Counted from the stretch's first letter, positions 18,983-29,198 are shown. The stretch is 64,000 nucleotides of DNA from Desulfofustis sp. (GCA_022340565.1 JAJDNR010000080.1:2846-66845); one strand, 5' to 3'. A program made the numbers and translations. Notes: a model not told the origin generated them from the sequence alone.

Positions 18983-19366
18983 GATCGGCTCCTCTAGCTG
19001 CCGGTTAATGTTCGCAATGCCCTCATCGCAGGCGATGCCTCGGAAGGGATCGCTCTTGCCAGTCACAACTTTCCTCTATGATGCATGGGAGATCTTGTCA
19101 AGGGGAGGGGCGGGTGAGTCGAGGCGGGTCAGTTCCAACTCAAAACGCGTAACTATGAATATTTGAATAAGAACGTGGTGTACGCCTGATACGTGTCGAC
19201 CCGCTTGTTTTGATACCACAATGTGGTTATCATTTACATGCCCGAATCTCCGGACGGCAAGGACAGCGCCTGGAATACGCCCCTGATTCTAGAGGGATCG
19301 GGCTTGGCGAGAAGAAAATGTTTCCAACATCCTACATGCTTCCGGTTTGTTCCGGGGAGGCCCGCT

Positions 19367-20164
19367 ATGTCGAAACGTTCATCAGTCATGGGTTCGATCG
19401 GTTTCGTCACCTCATCTCTGTTTCTGGCTGGTTCCTTGTCATTCGCATCGCCGACCGGTGGAGATCAGTCGGTGATCTACAACGGTCCGTCTATGAAGAT
19501 CGGCGAAGGAACCGCGCACACCTTTGTCAACCTTGACGCTGCCGGAAAACCCGTGGCCATAGGGGTAAAGTTCAGCGAATCGGCCCTCAGGGGATTGCCT
19601 GCGGCATCCCATCAGGGACCGGAACGATACGAGTATCGGTTAAATCTTCCTGAGGAAGCCAAGGGAACCGGCTACGATCACGTCGGATTCGACTGGAACC
19701 CTGCAGGCCACATACCGGATGGTGTCTACGATACCCCCCATTTCGATGTACATTTTTATCTCATCAACGAGGCAGAACGCAATTTCATCACCGCAGTGGG
19801 TAATGACGCGGATACAGCCAACAGACAGCCCGATGCCCCTCACATGCCGAAAGGGTATGTGCTGCCGCCCGGGACCGAAACCCCGCGGATGGGGTCACAC
19901 GCGATCGACCCCTCTTCCGGCGAGTTTAACGGAAAGCCGTTCACCGCTACCTTCATCTATGGCTTCTATGACGGTCGGATGATCTTTCTGGAGCCCATGG
20001 TTTCCCAGGCTTACCTTGAGGCCAGACCGGATTTTGCGGCGGCTGTTGCCGCACCCGACGAGTACTCCCTGCAGGCCTACTATCCGACCCAGTACCGCGT
20101 CAGGTATGACGATCAGGAGCAGGGATTTGTGATTTCCCTGGAAAACCTGGTGAGCAAAAAGTAG
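19367..20164 (+). CDS. secreted hypothetical protein
   Basis: ATG at 19367 is preceded by GGGGAGG. Signal peptide MSKRSSVMGSIGFVTSSLFLAGSLSFA. No function recognised. Confidence 0.6.
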   Translation: MSKRSSVMGSIGFVTSSLFLAGSLSFASPTGGDQSVIYNGPSMKIGEGTAHTFVNLDAAGKPVAIGVKFSESALRGLPAASHQGPERYEYRLNLPEEAKGTGYDHVGFDWNPAGHIPDGVYDTPHFDVHFYLINEAERNFITAVGNDADTANRQPDAPHMPKGYVLPPGTETPRMGSHAIDPSSGEFNGKPFTATFIYGFYDGRMIFLEPMVSQAYLEARPDFAAAVAAPDEYSLQAYYPTQYRVRYDDQEQGFVISLENLVSKK

Positions 20165-20179
20165 CAAGCCCGGACCCTG

Positions 20180-20620
20180 TCAACGGGACGCCTGCCTGGA
20201 GAAGCTCACCTGAAAGCGCTGACCGCTTGCTCCATGCGTATAGATGCCCTGCAGAGCGTCCTGTTGCCGGTCGTAGTAGAGGAGATAGGTGGAGCCGTCG
20301 TAATCGACGTCCTGCAATTCAATCATGACATACTGAAGCCCTTTTTCTCTGGCTGTCCTGGTCTGCTCGACATGGATCGGGCGGGGGTTGTAGTAGGAAG
20401 CCCGCAGCCCCTGGACCGTGTCCTGACGCAATTCGATGACATAGGGGGCATCAGTCCGAACCCAGCGGCCCTGCATGGCAAGCAGGTCGGGGGAATAGAT
20501 CGGTGAATCCTGGGCCTGCCCGATTCCGCAGGCAGTCAGCGGTGCGGTCAGAACCGCAAGCATCAGCACCAGCCACTTGTATCTCAATGGTACCATCATC
20601 GTTTCCTGGTTAGATCTCAT
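20180..20620 (-). CDS. putative lipoprotein
   Basis: Lipobox-like signal LVLMLAVLTAPLTACG. 146 aa; no family recognised. Confidence 0.55.
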   Translation of the reverse strand: MRSNQETMMVPLRYKWLVLMLAVLTAPLTACGIGQAQDSPIYSPDLLAMQGRWVRTDAPYVIELRQDTVQGLRASYYNPRPIHVEQTRTAREKGLQYVMIELQDVDYDGSTYLLYYDRQQDALQGIYTHGASGQRFQVSFSRQASR

Positions 20621-20889
20621 CAGATTGACCGGGTTTGCATATTCTGCGGATATACCCGCTGGGTAACAACCCGTACTCCTCGGTCTGCCGGTCCGCGCCT
20701 GGAGATCGAGGGTTGTGAGCGGACGTTTTACTGCCGGTGAAGGTTCAGTTGATGATACGGTTCACTTTTTGCCCGGTTCTGTCAACGCTGTTGTCACTGT
20801 CACCATTCCCCTCTCCCGGCAATAACTCGCCAGCACAGCGGCATCGTTGCGGCGTGTCAGGGCGGGATGCTCTTCGGCCGCTTCCGCCG

Positions 20890-21696
20890 CTACCTGCTTG
20901 CGAGATACAGATGTTTGTTCAAAAACGTCATAAGGGCCTCGTTGAAACGATCGGTCTGTTCGATGTTCGGCAGATGCGCCGATTCTTCGATGACGACCAG
21001 TTCGGACCCGTTGATTCCGTTGTGCAGCAGCTCGGCGGCGGCGACCGGACAGGCTGGGTCGTCTCTGCCGACGAGGACCATGGTGGGAACCGATATTTCC
21101 GGTAGATTGCCGCAGATCGACATATCCCGGATGGCCTCGGCGCAGCCGATGTAGCCGTCGACCCCGGTCCCCAGGATCATGTCACGGACTCTTGCCAGCC
21201 GTCCCCCATGGTTCCGGTGGAAAGGCGGGGTGAACCAGCGTTCCAGGGTGGCCGGGATGAGCGCCTCGATACCGTGGGACCGGGCGATTTCGATGCGCTC
21301 GTTCCACAGCGATTCAGGCCCCATCTCGCAGGCGGTGTCGCAGAGGCACAGGGACAAAACCTGCTCCGGGTGCAGAACGGCCAGCATCTGGGCGGTGAAT
21401 CCGCCCATGGAAAGCCCCACGAAATGAACCGGCCCGATCCCCAGGGCATCGATGAGGGCACTGGCATCTTCAGCCAGCAGCTCGATGGTGTAAGGTCCCG
21501 GTGTCGTTTCGGTCGAGCCGTGGCCGCGCTGATCATAGCGAAGCACCCGGCAGGTCCGGGTCAGCGCCTCCATCTGGTCGTCCCACATCGTGTAGTTCGA
21601 CATCAGGCTGTTGCTCAGCATCACCGCCGGGCCGTCCTCGGGCCCGTCCAGCCGGTAATTGATCTCGATGTTGTTTGCTTTGACGGTCGTGCTCAT
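20890..21696 (-). CDS. alpha/beta hydrolase, 3-oxoadipate enol-lactonase-like
   Basis: RYDQRGHGST, the nucleophile elbow GLSMGG, LERWFTPPF and AHLPNIEQ blocks, as in PcaD-type enol-lactonases. Confidence 0.8.
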   Translation of the reverse strand: MSTTVKANNIEINYRLDGPEDGPAVMLSNSLMSNYTMWDDQMEALTRTCRVLRYDQRGHGSTETTPGPYTIELLAEDASALIDALGIGPVHFVGLSMGGFTAQMLAVLHPEQVLSLCLCDTACEMGPESLWNERIEIARSHGIEALIPATLERWFTPPFHRNHGGRLARVRDMILGTGVDGYIGCAEAIRDMSICGNLPEISVPTMVLVGRDDPACPVAAAELLHNGINGSELVVIEESAHLPNIEQTDRFNEALMTFLNKHLYLASR

Positions 21697-22514
21697 GGTT
21701 CTCCCTCTTTTTCGGTATTGATCTGATAGCCGCCGGGTCCCACCCGGATCATCAGGTCTCCGTGTCTGTCGGTCCGGAAGTATGGAAGGCGGTGACGCTC
21801 GAGTCGTTCGAGCAGTTCGTTTGCAGGGGTTTCGAACCGGTTTCGGGCTGCGGTACTGATAAGCGCCAGATCCGGTGACACTGCTTTGAGCAGTTTCGTC
21901 GAGGTTGAATCCGCCGCCCCGTGATGAGCGATTTTGATGATATCCGCCCGAGGAACTGCACCGAACTTGAGCAGCCGTTTTTCACCCTCATCGGCAAGGT
22001 CTCCCATATGCAGCAGGGTGAAGTCGCCAAACGAGATCAGCATCACTATCGAGGTGTCGTTGATGCCCGCTTCCGGGTCCGGATCCGCAGGCGGATAGAG
22101 CGCATCCAGCCGGATATCTCCGCTGGCAAGCTGCATGCCGCGACTGAGGGTGGCGTAGGGATAAGTGTTCCTGAGCGCGAGGTAGTCGTCGAAATATTCC
22201 CAGCTGCGGTTCGGCACCCCGTTGTCGTAGAAGTGCTTGGCCGGAACACGCGGCAGCAGGTCGAACAGCCCGCCGAAGTGGTCCAGGTGGGGATGGGTGA
22301 CAATGACCATCTCCAGCGACTCGATGCCCAGCGTTTTTATCTTATTGGTCAGGCGGTGTCCGTTGATGAGCGGGCCGGCATCAACCAGCAGCGCGCAGGC
22401 GCCGGGCTGATGCAGGATCATCGCGTCGCCCTGGCCGATGTCGAGCAGATGAATGTTCAGTTCCCTGTTCATGGCTGACCTGTGAACCGTGACCATGAAG
22501 GCGGCAACAAACAT
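21693..22514 (-). CDS. MBL-fold metallo-hydrolase (ComEC C-terminal-domain-like)
   Basis: LDIGQGDAMIL...VTHPHLDHFGG...AHHGA metal-ligand pattern with an N-terminal membrane anchor. Its stop overlaps the next start by 4 nt. Confidence 0.8.
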   Translation of the reverse strand: MFVAAFMVTVHRSAMNRELNIHLLDIGQGDAMILHQPGACALLVDAGPLINGHRLTNKIKTLGIESLEMVIVTHPHLDHFGGLFDLLPRVPAKHFYDNGVPNRSWEYFDDYLALRNTYPYATLSRGMQLASGDIRLDALYPPADPDPEAGINDTSIVMLISFGDFTLLHMGDLADEGEKRLLKFGAVPRADIIKIAHHGAADSTSTKLLKAVSPDLALISTAARNRFETPANELLERLERHRLPYFRTDRHGDLMIRVGPGGYQINTEKEGEP

Positions 22515-22594
22515 GATGCAGGCCGCTGTGGATATCGGTCCGGCGTGATTGCTCCGGAACGGAGGAGTCTGCAGGTGTCGGCAGCCGGCATGTC

Positions 22595-23800
22595 CTATTT
22601 CAGCCCGCTGCGCAGAGGCGGAACCGGGCAGCCGATCGCTGCCGCCTGGCGGAGAAAATAGTCATCCGTCATGCCGGAGATGAAGTCCCGGACCCGGGCC
22701 GCGGCTGACTGCCTGTCGGTATAGGCGCGGTCCAGATCCTCGAGCAGGTCGACATCCAGCTCGCCGCTGGTGCCGTTGTGCAGGTGGTCGAGATAGTGGG
22801 AGAACAGCGAGCCGTAGCATTGTTCGATGAGGGGCATGTTCTCCTGGGTTTCGGGCGCCAAATAGATCCGTCTGTAGTTGAACTCCTTCAGTTCCTTCAG
22901 CGCAGCTGCGATTTCGGCACTGAAACCGATGGATCCCGGCACGTCGTCAAGATCGCCGCCGGGGGCGGCCACCCGACTGTTTCTGATCAGGTCGGTGACC
23001 AGCGAATAGACGATCGAGCCGTTGGTCTCGCCGAGCAGCGACGCACAGCGCTCCGGAATGTCGCTGCGCTCGATCAGGCCGAGGATGATCGCGTCCTCGA
23101 TGTCCCTGCCGACATAGGCAACGGTGTCCGCCATGCGCACCACGCAGCCCTCCAGGGTCATGGGCTGCAGATCGAGGCCCGGGTTCGCCGATTTCAACTC
23201 GATCTTGAGATCCAGCTCGTCAAATCCATGCAACGGCGCCGGGCTGATGCTCGTCGCATGGACTTCGCCGTCGTGGCAGAGGATGCCGTCCAGGGTCTGC
23301 AGAGTCAGGTTCCAGCCCCTGCCTTTGCGCTCCAGTTTTTCCAACGCCCGCACCGACTGGATGTTGTGCTGGAATCCGGGCAGTCGGTGGGTGCGGCACA
23401 GCTTCGACAAAAACGATTCGCCGGCATGGCCGAACGGCGCATGACCGATATCGTGGCCGAGCGAAATGGCCTCGATCAGGTCCTCGTTGAGGAACAGGTA
23501 GCGGCCTATGGTGCGGGCGATCCTGGACACGAGCTGAACGTGCAGCACCCGGTGGGTGATGTGGTCGTTGCCGATCAGGCAGAACACCTGGGTCTTGTCT
23601 ATGTAACGGGCATACGCGCGGGAATGGAGAATACGGTCGGCGTCCTGGGCGAAGCTCTGCCGATATCCGAGACGCTGCTCCCGGTTGCGGCGGGAGGCCT
23701 CGATACTTCTGGCGGCGGCCGGCGACAGCAGGGTATCTTCGCGGCTGTTGAGCAGGCCGGAAACGATGAACTCGGGACGTTGTTCAGGGGGATTGATCAT
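22595..23800 (-). CDS. dGTPase-like HD-domain triphosphohydrolase
   Basis: FAQDADRILHSRAYARYIDKTQVF...THRVLHVQLVSRIA...GHDIGHAPFGH are dGTP triphosphohydrolase family blocks. Start moved to MINPPEQ at 23800. Confidence 0.85.
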   Translation of the reverse strand: MINPPEQRPEFIVSGLLNSREDTLLSPAAARSIEASRRNREQRLGYRQSFAQDADRILHSRAYARYIDKTQVFCLIGNDHITHRVLHVQLVSRIARTIGRYLFLNEDLIEAISLGHDIGHAPFGHAGESFLSKLCRTHRLPGFQHNIQSVRALEKLERKGRGWNLTLQTLDGILCHDGEVHATSISPAPLHGFDELDLKIELKSANPGLDLQPMTLEGCVVRMADTVAYVGRDIEDAIILGLIERSDIPERCASLLGETNGSIVYSLVTDLIRNSRVAAPGGDLDDVPGSIGFSAEIAAALKELKEFNYRRIYLAPETQENMPLIEQCYGSLFSHYLDHLHNGTSGELDVDLLEDLDRAYTDRQSAAARVRDFISGMTDDYFLRQAAAIGCPVPPLRSGLK

Positions 23801-23907
23801 CTCGATGACAGGTTTACACTGGATATTATCACTACAATTTTTATAATAATCGAGGTGGGCGAATGCAACCGGATTAGCCGATCCATGGAGAAATCGAGGA
23901 TAGGGAC

Positions 23908-24123
23908 ATGAAAATATCGATCGAATATTGCGCCGCTTGAAACTACAAGCCGCGCGCTTCCGGACTGGAAGCGGAACTGAAGAAACGCTACGATGCCGAT
24001 ATAGAACTGATCTCATCGTCTGGCGGCGTCTATGAAATCACGGTCGATGGCACCCTTCTGTTTTCCAAGAAAAAACTCGGCCGCTTTCCCGAAGACGGGG
24101 AGATCCGGCGCTTGATCGGCTGA
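23908..24123 (+). CDS. selW: SelW-like (Rdx family) selenoprotein; codon 11 is UGA read as selenocysteine
   Basis: Read-through translation: MKISIEYCAAUNYKPRASGLEAELKKRYDADIELISSSGGVYEITVDGTLLFSKKKLGRFPEDGEIRRLIG. The CxxU sits where the family has its CxxC/CxxU redox motif. A GAGGA RBS lies 7 nt upstream and a hairpin follows the UGA. The frame was checked codon by codon to the TGA at 24121. Confidence 0.8.
23955..23973 (+). promoter_or_regulatory. candidate bacterial SECIS hairpin
   Basis: CGCTTCC-GGACT-GGAAGCG: 7-bp stem with a 5-nt G-rich loop, starting 15 nt 3' of the in-frame TGA (23938-23940). Confidence 0.5.
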
Positions 24124-24236
24124 TTTGCATCACGCTTTCGCAACGGCGGGCAGGCGGCACCCGCTGGCCGGGGCACACCGCCCCAGTTACGCCGCCTGGC
24201 GCCGGCCGATCCAATCAACAAAACCAATCTGACACG

Positions 24237-25925
24237 ATGCTTCGTGAATTAAAAGTAGAAAACCTGGCCCTGATCGAATCCCTGCACCTGAGTTTCGACC
24301 GGGCCGATGATGCGTCGCTGGTTGTGCTGACCGGGGAAACCGGTGCCGGCAAATCGATCATGATGCGCGCCATCGATCTGCTCAGCGGCGGTCGTGGATC
24401 CGCCGACTGGGTGAGAAGCGGCGCCGAAACCTGCACCGTCGAAGCCCTGTTCGATGTCGGAGAGCATTTTGCCGATGTGCACGAACTGCTCAGAGACGGC
24501 GGCTTCGACGACTCGGACCAGGTCCTGTTCAAACGGGTCATCAACACCGAAGGCCGCAGCCGATTCTATATCAACGGATCGATGGCCACCGCCAGACTGG
24601 TATCGGAGATCAGCTTCCGGCTCTTTTCCATCGCCAGCCAGCACGATCATCAGCGTTTGCTGCAGCCGGCGCTGCACCTCGATTTTCTCGATATCCTCGG
24701 AGATCATCAGAAGCAGCGTGAACAGGTGCGATCATGCCATGAAGCGTGGCGAGTCGCCCAGCAGGAGCTGGCGCGGCTGCACGAACAGAACCGCGAGCGG
24801 GAGCAGCGGAGGGATTTTCTTGCCTATCAGATCAGGGAAATAGGCGATATCGCGCCCGAACCCGATGAAGATGAGCGGCTCGGCATCGAACGGAAGCGGT
24901 TGAAAAACGGGGAGACGCTGATCCGTCTGAGCCGCGAGTGTCATGAGCTGCTCGAGGAATCGATTTCCGAGAACCTGGCTGTCGTCCGCAAGAATATGGA
25001 GCAGCTCCGTCAGCTTGATCCAGACGTCGAAACCCTGGCCGACGAGCTCAGTTCCTACGCCTACCTGGCCGAGGATTTCAGCGCCCGGCTGCGGGACTAC
25101 TTCGACACGCTCGACGATGATCCGGCGCGACTCGATGCGATCAGCGCGCGGCTCGATAAGCTGCAGGGGCTGAAGCGCAAATACGGGGAAACCCTGACGG
25201 ATGTGCTGAACTACCTGGCCGGAGCCCGTCTCGAGCTGGAAGCCCTCGATAATCTTGATCAGCAGATCGAAGCACAGCGGAACAAGACCGAACGGCTCGA
25301 ACGGCAGGTGCTCGACTGCGCGGAGCAGCTCTCCACGGCCAGACAAAAAACCGCTGCGGCCATGGAGCAGGCCATGGCCAGGGAACTGCTGTCACTGTCC
25401 TTCGAACAGCCCACCATTGAAGTCCGGTTTCAGCCGGTAGAGGACAAGCTCGCACAGATGCGCGCGGTCGGTTTCGACCGGGTCGAATTCTTTTTTGCGG
25501 CGAATCCCGGCGAACCGTCGCGGCCGCTGGCCAGGGTTGCATCCGGCGGCGAGCTGTCGCGGCTGATGCTCGCCTTCAAGTGTCTGCTGGCCCGCAAGGA
25601 CATGGTGGAAACGGTGATTTTCGACGAGGTGGATGCCGGCATCGGCGGACAGGCGGCCGAGTCGGTGGCCCGCAAGATCAGGGAGCTGGCCGGACACCAC
25701 CAGGTGATCTGCATCACCCACCTGCCCCAGATCGCCGCCCGTGGAACCCACCATTTTCTTGTCGAGAAAGGTATGAGTGGGGGCAGGACGATCACCTCGG
25801 TAGCCATGCTTTCCGAGCAGCAGCGGGTCGAAGAGCTGGCTCGCATGCTGGCCGGCGAATCGCCGAGCGTGCAGACCGAGGCATGGGCCCGTGAACTGCT
25901 CGCAAAAGGCAAGAGAGCGGCATGA
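24237..25925 (+). CDS. recN: DNA repair protein RecN
   Basis: 562 aa with an N-terminal Walker A (GETGAGKS), a long coiled-coil middle region and a C-terminal signature/Walker B (ASGGELSRLMLAFK...VIFDEVDAGIGG). Confidence 0.95.
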   Translation: MLRELKVENLALIESLHLSFDRADDASLVVLTGETGAGKSIMMRAIDLLSGGRGSADWVRSGAETCTVEALFDVGEHFADVHELLRDGGFDDSDQVLFKRVINTEGRSRFYINGSMATARLVSEISFRLFSIASQHDHQRLLQPALHLDFLDILGDHQKQREQVRSCHEAWRVAQQELARLHEQNREREQRRDFLAYQIREIGDIAPEPDEDERLGIERKRLKNGETLIRLSRECHELLEESISENLAVVRKNMEQLRQLDPDVETLADELSSYAYLAEDFSARLRDYFDTLDDDPARLDAISARLDKLQGLKRKYGETLTDVLNYLAGARLELEALDNLDQQIEAQRNKTERLERQVLDCAEQLSTARQKTAAAMEQAMARELLSLSFEQPTIEVRFQPVEDKLAQMRAVGFDRVEFFFAANPGEPSRPLARVASGGELSRLMLAFKCLLARKDMVETVIFDEVDAGIGGQAAESVARKIRELAGHHQVICITHLPQIAARGTHHFLVEKGMSGGRTITSVAMLSEQQRVEELARMLAGESPSVQTEAWARELLAKGKRAA

Positions 25926-26968
25926 GCCGGGTCAGGGCGATCAGTCTTTTTTCGGGCGGTCTCGATTCGATTCTTGCCACCAGGCTGGTGATGGAGCAGG
26001 GTATCGAGGTGACCGCCGTGAAGTTCGTCACCCCGTTCTTCGGCTACGACATTCTCCGTGATGTCGAAACATATCGGCAAGAAACCCGGCGGAAATACGG
26101 AATCGACGTGACCGTCGTCGATATCAGCGACGATTATCTGCAGATGCTGCGCAACCCGCCGCACGGCTTCGGCAAATATTTCAACCCCTGTATCGACTGC
26201 AAGATTTTCATGCTCGGGCGGGCCAGGGCCATGCTCGAGGAATACCGCGCGTCGTTTCTGATCACCGGCGAGGTGCTGGGACAGCGGCCGATGTCCCAGC
26301 GGCGCGACACGCTGAACGTGATCGAGCGCGATTCCGCCACCCGCAGCCTGCTGCTCAGGCCGCTGAGCGCCAAATTGATGAAGGAAACCGAGGCCGAGCT
26401 GAAGGGGCTGATCGACCGGGAGCAGCTGCTCGATTTCAGCGGCCGCGGTCGTTCCCGGCAAATCGCACTGGCCAGAGAATTCGGCATCACCGACTTCCCG
26501 ACTCCGGCGGGCGGCTGCATCCTTGCCGATCCCATCCTCAGCGAGCGGATCTCACGCGTCTACAGCGGCACCTTCCCGGTAACTCATGAGAACATCAATG
26601 TGGCCGATATACAGCTGATGCTGATCGGTCGCCAGTTCCTGCTGCCGCAGGGCGGCTGGCTGATACTTGGCCGCGACGAGAAGGAGAACCAGCGGATCGG
26701 GGAACTGCAGGAGGAGGGCGACGTGAGGCTGTTCATCGAGGAACGGCCGGGCCCGGTGGCGTTGCTGCGCCGGTCTGCCGAGTTATACAGCGACGAGCGC
26801 GCCCGTCACCGGGATATCGATGCGGCAATGGGCCTGATCGTCCGGTATGCCAAGAAGACGGAGGGAAAACCGGTCGGCGGCCGGGTAATTGTCGTGGCTG
26901 GGCAGATCCGCCGCGATGCTTACCGGGAACCGCTCGAGGATGACGTCTACCAGGCGTGGCTGATCTGA
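25922..26968 (+). CDS. PP-loop ATP pyrophosphatase family protein (ThiI/MnmA-like tRNA thiolation-type)
   Basis: SLFSGGLDS PP-loop motif and a CIDCK Cys pair. Overlaps the recN stop (ATGA). Confidence 0.75.
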   Translation: MSRVRAISLFSGGLDSILATRLVMEQGIEVTAVKFVTPFFGYDILRDVETYRQETRRKYGIDVTVVDISDDYLQMLRNPPHGFGKYFNPCIDCKIFMLGRARAMLEEYRASFLITGEVLGQRPMSQRRDTLNVIERDSATRSLLLRPLSAKLMKETEAELKGLIDREQLLDFSGRGRSRQIALAREFGITDFPTPAGGCILADPILSERISRVYSGTFPVTHENINVADIQLMLIGRQFLLPQGGWLILGRDEKENQRIGELQEEGDVRLFIEERPGPVALLRRSAELYSDERARHRDIDAAMGLIVRYAKKTEGKPVGGRVIVVAGQIRRDAYREPLEDDVYQAWLI

Positions 26969-26995
26969 TCTGACATTTTCGGACAGAGCGCAAGG

Positions 26996-28087
26996 TCAAT
27001 CCCCGTGCCCTGTTTCTCCGCAATAATCGGCAATCACCCCGCATTCCAGACCGAAGGGGAGATACCCCGCATAGCCGAGCAGCGGCATCTCGAAGATGGC
27101 AAATTTCTGCACGAAGGGAATTGAATAGAGCCACTTCGCGTAGCTGAAGTAATTCCACATCTCCCAGAAAAATCCGCAGATCAGCGCCGCACCGGCAAGC
27201 AGAACCAGTCTGCTCCAGTCGCCCCTTTGCAGGGGCGAGAAGATGGTTTGTCGACCGCCGAGCCGCTGCAGTCCGGTCAGGATGAACAACGGCGACAGCC
27301 AGAGAAGCGGAAAAAGCAGATCCGGATAGACGCCGATACCGAGCAGTCCGACAGCGGCGAGTGTCAGCACTGCAGAAGCGGCGAGCCGGGGGGAGCCGGT
27401 GTCGATGACCACGAAGGTTTTCAGGCCGGCCTGCAGTTTCGGAACGGTTGCAAGCAGCTCGCAGGTTGAGAGGACCGCGGGAAGCACGGTCGAAAACGGC
27501 AGGGTCGCAAACAGCACGTACTGGACAGGTGAAAGCTCTTCGATACCGATATAGTACCAGTTCTGCACAAAGCGGTTGAGGTATTCGAAATACCACCAGA
27601 AGAGAGCGCTGGCCATGAACAGCCTGGCCAGGTATGCCGGTCTGTGCAGCAGCATGCAGGTTCCCGAGCGGGCCAGGGTGAGCCCGTTCACGACCCCGAT
27701 GTAGCCGAGCCACAGCGGCGTGAAGGTGAAGATCTGATAATCCTCGAACCAATCGAACCTGGTCCATGCCAGAATCCACGATACCCCACACAGGCAGAGC
27801 GCGCCCCAGCCCCAGGGAGGGAATGGCCGGCGCCGCCGCTGGCTTTTGCCGGCGCGGCTCGAACCCACGCGGACCACCACCGGCACGACCGCCGCAAGAA
27901 TCACCAGCGCCATCGCAATGAACGCCAGCCACGAAAAACCGGCGTGTTCGACGTATCTGGTCAGCGGCGGGAATTCGATATAGGTTGCCGCCTCGTTGCC
28001 CGCCAGCAGCGCTCCGCACAGCGGCAGCAGGACCATCGCCGCCAGATACAGCGGCGAGCTCAACCGCCTGATAATCGTCTTGTTCAT
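26996..28087 (-). CDS. polytopic membrane protein, unknown function
   Basis: 363 aa with at least 8 hydrophobic segments and aromatic-rich loops (FWWYFEYLNRFVQNWYYIG). The competing ORF 26733..28019 has an Arg/Gly/Pro-rich, non-protein-like composition. Confidence 0.6.
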   Translation of the reverse strand: MNKTIIRRLSSPLYLAAMVLLPLCGALLAGNEAATYIEFPPLTRYVEHAGFSWLAFIAMALVILAAVVPVVVRVGSSRAGKSQRRRRPFPPWGWGALCLCGVSWILAWTRFDWFEDYQIFTFTPLWLGYIGVVNGLTLARSGTCMLLHRPAYLARLFMASALFWWYFEYLNRFVQNWYYIGIEELSPVQYVLFATLPFSTVLPAVLSTCELLATVPKLQAGLKTFVVIDTGSPRLAASAVLTLAAVGLLGIGVYPDLLFPLLWLSPLFILTGLQRLGGRQTIFSPLQRGDWSRLVLLAGAALICGFFWEMWNYFSYAKWLYSIPFVQKFAIFEMPLLGYAGYLPFGLECGVIADYCGETGHGD

Positions 28088-28214
28088 GATGTCCGGCTCC
28101 TTTCAGTGCCGATTGCCAACGCTATGCCGCTGAAGCCGAGCGGATGCGGAGGGCCGCTGCCGGCCGCCCGCAATTATTTTCAGGTCCTGAAAGACAAATG
28201 TTTTTAAAACAAGT

Positions 28215-28463
28215 ATGATACTTTCGCTAACAGTTCAAACAACAGCACGGAGACAACTCGTAATGGACAGATTCGCTCTCCCGGAAGGAAACTGGGTCGT
28301 AATTATCGCAATCTTCGGTGCCTCACTGTCTCTGGGGTGGTTTACCTCCAAATGGCTCGCCGGCATGTATCCCGGGCTGACGCGATTCGGTTTTCTCCTG
28401 TTTCTGGGCACGCTGACCGGCTACTTCTGCGTGATTACAATCCTGATGAAATCCATCATGTGA
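28215..28463 (+). CDS. small two-TM membrane protein (start may be 28263)
   Basis: The likely product begins MDRFALPEGNWVVIIAIFGASLSLGWF... from the ATG at 28263, which has GGAGA upstream. No family recognised. Confidence 0.4.
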   Translation: MILSLTVQTTARRQLVMDRFALPEGNWVVIIAIFGASLSLGWFTSKWLAGMYPGLTRFGFLLFLGTLTGYFCVITILMKSIM

Positions 28464-28481
28464 GCGTTTCCGTTTTCAGCG

Positions 28482-29003
28482 CTATCCGACTCTGAGCAGA
28501 CTTTTCTTGAAGCGGCGACCGTTACGGACATAATGGCGGGCCGTCGATTCCAGTTTCTTCTGCTGTTCAGGGTTCAGCTGCCGCTTGATTTTAGCCGGCG
28601 CCCCGACCACCAGCGAGCAATCGGGGATTATCGTGTTCTCCGTAACCAGCGCATGCGCGCCGATGATGCAGTGATGTCCGATCCGCGCGCCGTTCAGCAC
28701 CACCGCATTGATCCCGATCAGGCTGTAGTCGCCGATCACGCAGCCGTGCAGCATGGCCTTGTGGCCGACCGTAACCCCCGTGCCCAGCTTCATCGGATAC
28801 CCCGGGTCGGTGTGCAGCACGGAGCCATCCTGGACATTACAGGCCTCGCCGATCTCGATCAGGTCGGAGTCGCCGCGGATCACGGTGTTGAACCAGATGC
28901 TCGCCTCGTTGCCGATGGCGACGTTTCCGATTACCACCGCATTTTCTGCGATAAAATATTGTTCGGGCAACTGCACCTCTTTATCATCGAGTGTATAGAT
29001 CAT
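28482..29003 (-). CDS. gamma-carbonic-anhydrase-like hexapeptide-repeat protein (YrdA/PaaY type)
   Basis: MIYTLDDKEVQLPEQYFIAENAVVIGNVAIGNEASIWFNTVIRGD...VGHKAMLHGCVIGDYSLIG is the left-handed beta-helix repeat pattern. The track ORF (to 29663) over-extends into the antisense of the next gene. Confidence 0.85.
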   Translation of the reverse strand: MIYTLDDKEVQLPEQYFIAENAVVIGNVAIGNEASIWFNTVIRGDSDLIEIGEACNVQDGSVLHTDPGYPMKLGTGVTVGHKAMLHGCVIGDYSLIGINAVVLNGARIGHHCIIGAHALVTENTIIPDCSLVVGAPAKIKRQLNPEQQKKLESTARHYVRNGRRFKKSLLRVG

Positions 29004-29198
29004 CGGCTGTCTCTCCAGATTTTTCGGGTTATCCACGTTTTTCTGACGCGGTGTAGACGGATAAGATATACTGTTGCGGCGCTGTCGACAAGAGATGGTG
29101 CCGCCAATAAACGACCTCCCGGTGTTGACGATTCGCCCGGGAAGCTTAGCGTTTCGAACGAAGTGTACTAAACCACAGATCTTACTGAGAGGGTACGT

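Noticed and set aside
22778-23911. 377-aa plus-strand ORF
   Set aside because: It is antisense to the dGTPase-like HD-domain gene and has no recognisable motifs.
25430-28019. Minus-strand ORFs 25430..26461 (343 aa) and 26733..28019 (428 aa)
   Set aside because: They are antisense to, or out of frame with, recN, the PP-loop gene and the polytopic membrane protein. The 428-aa product is Arg/Pro/Gly/Ala-rich and not protein-like, whereas the 26996..28087 frame gives clean TM helices.
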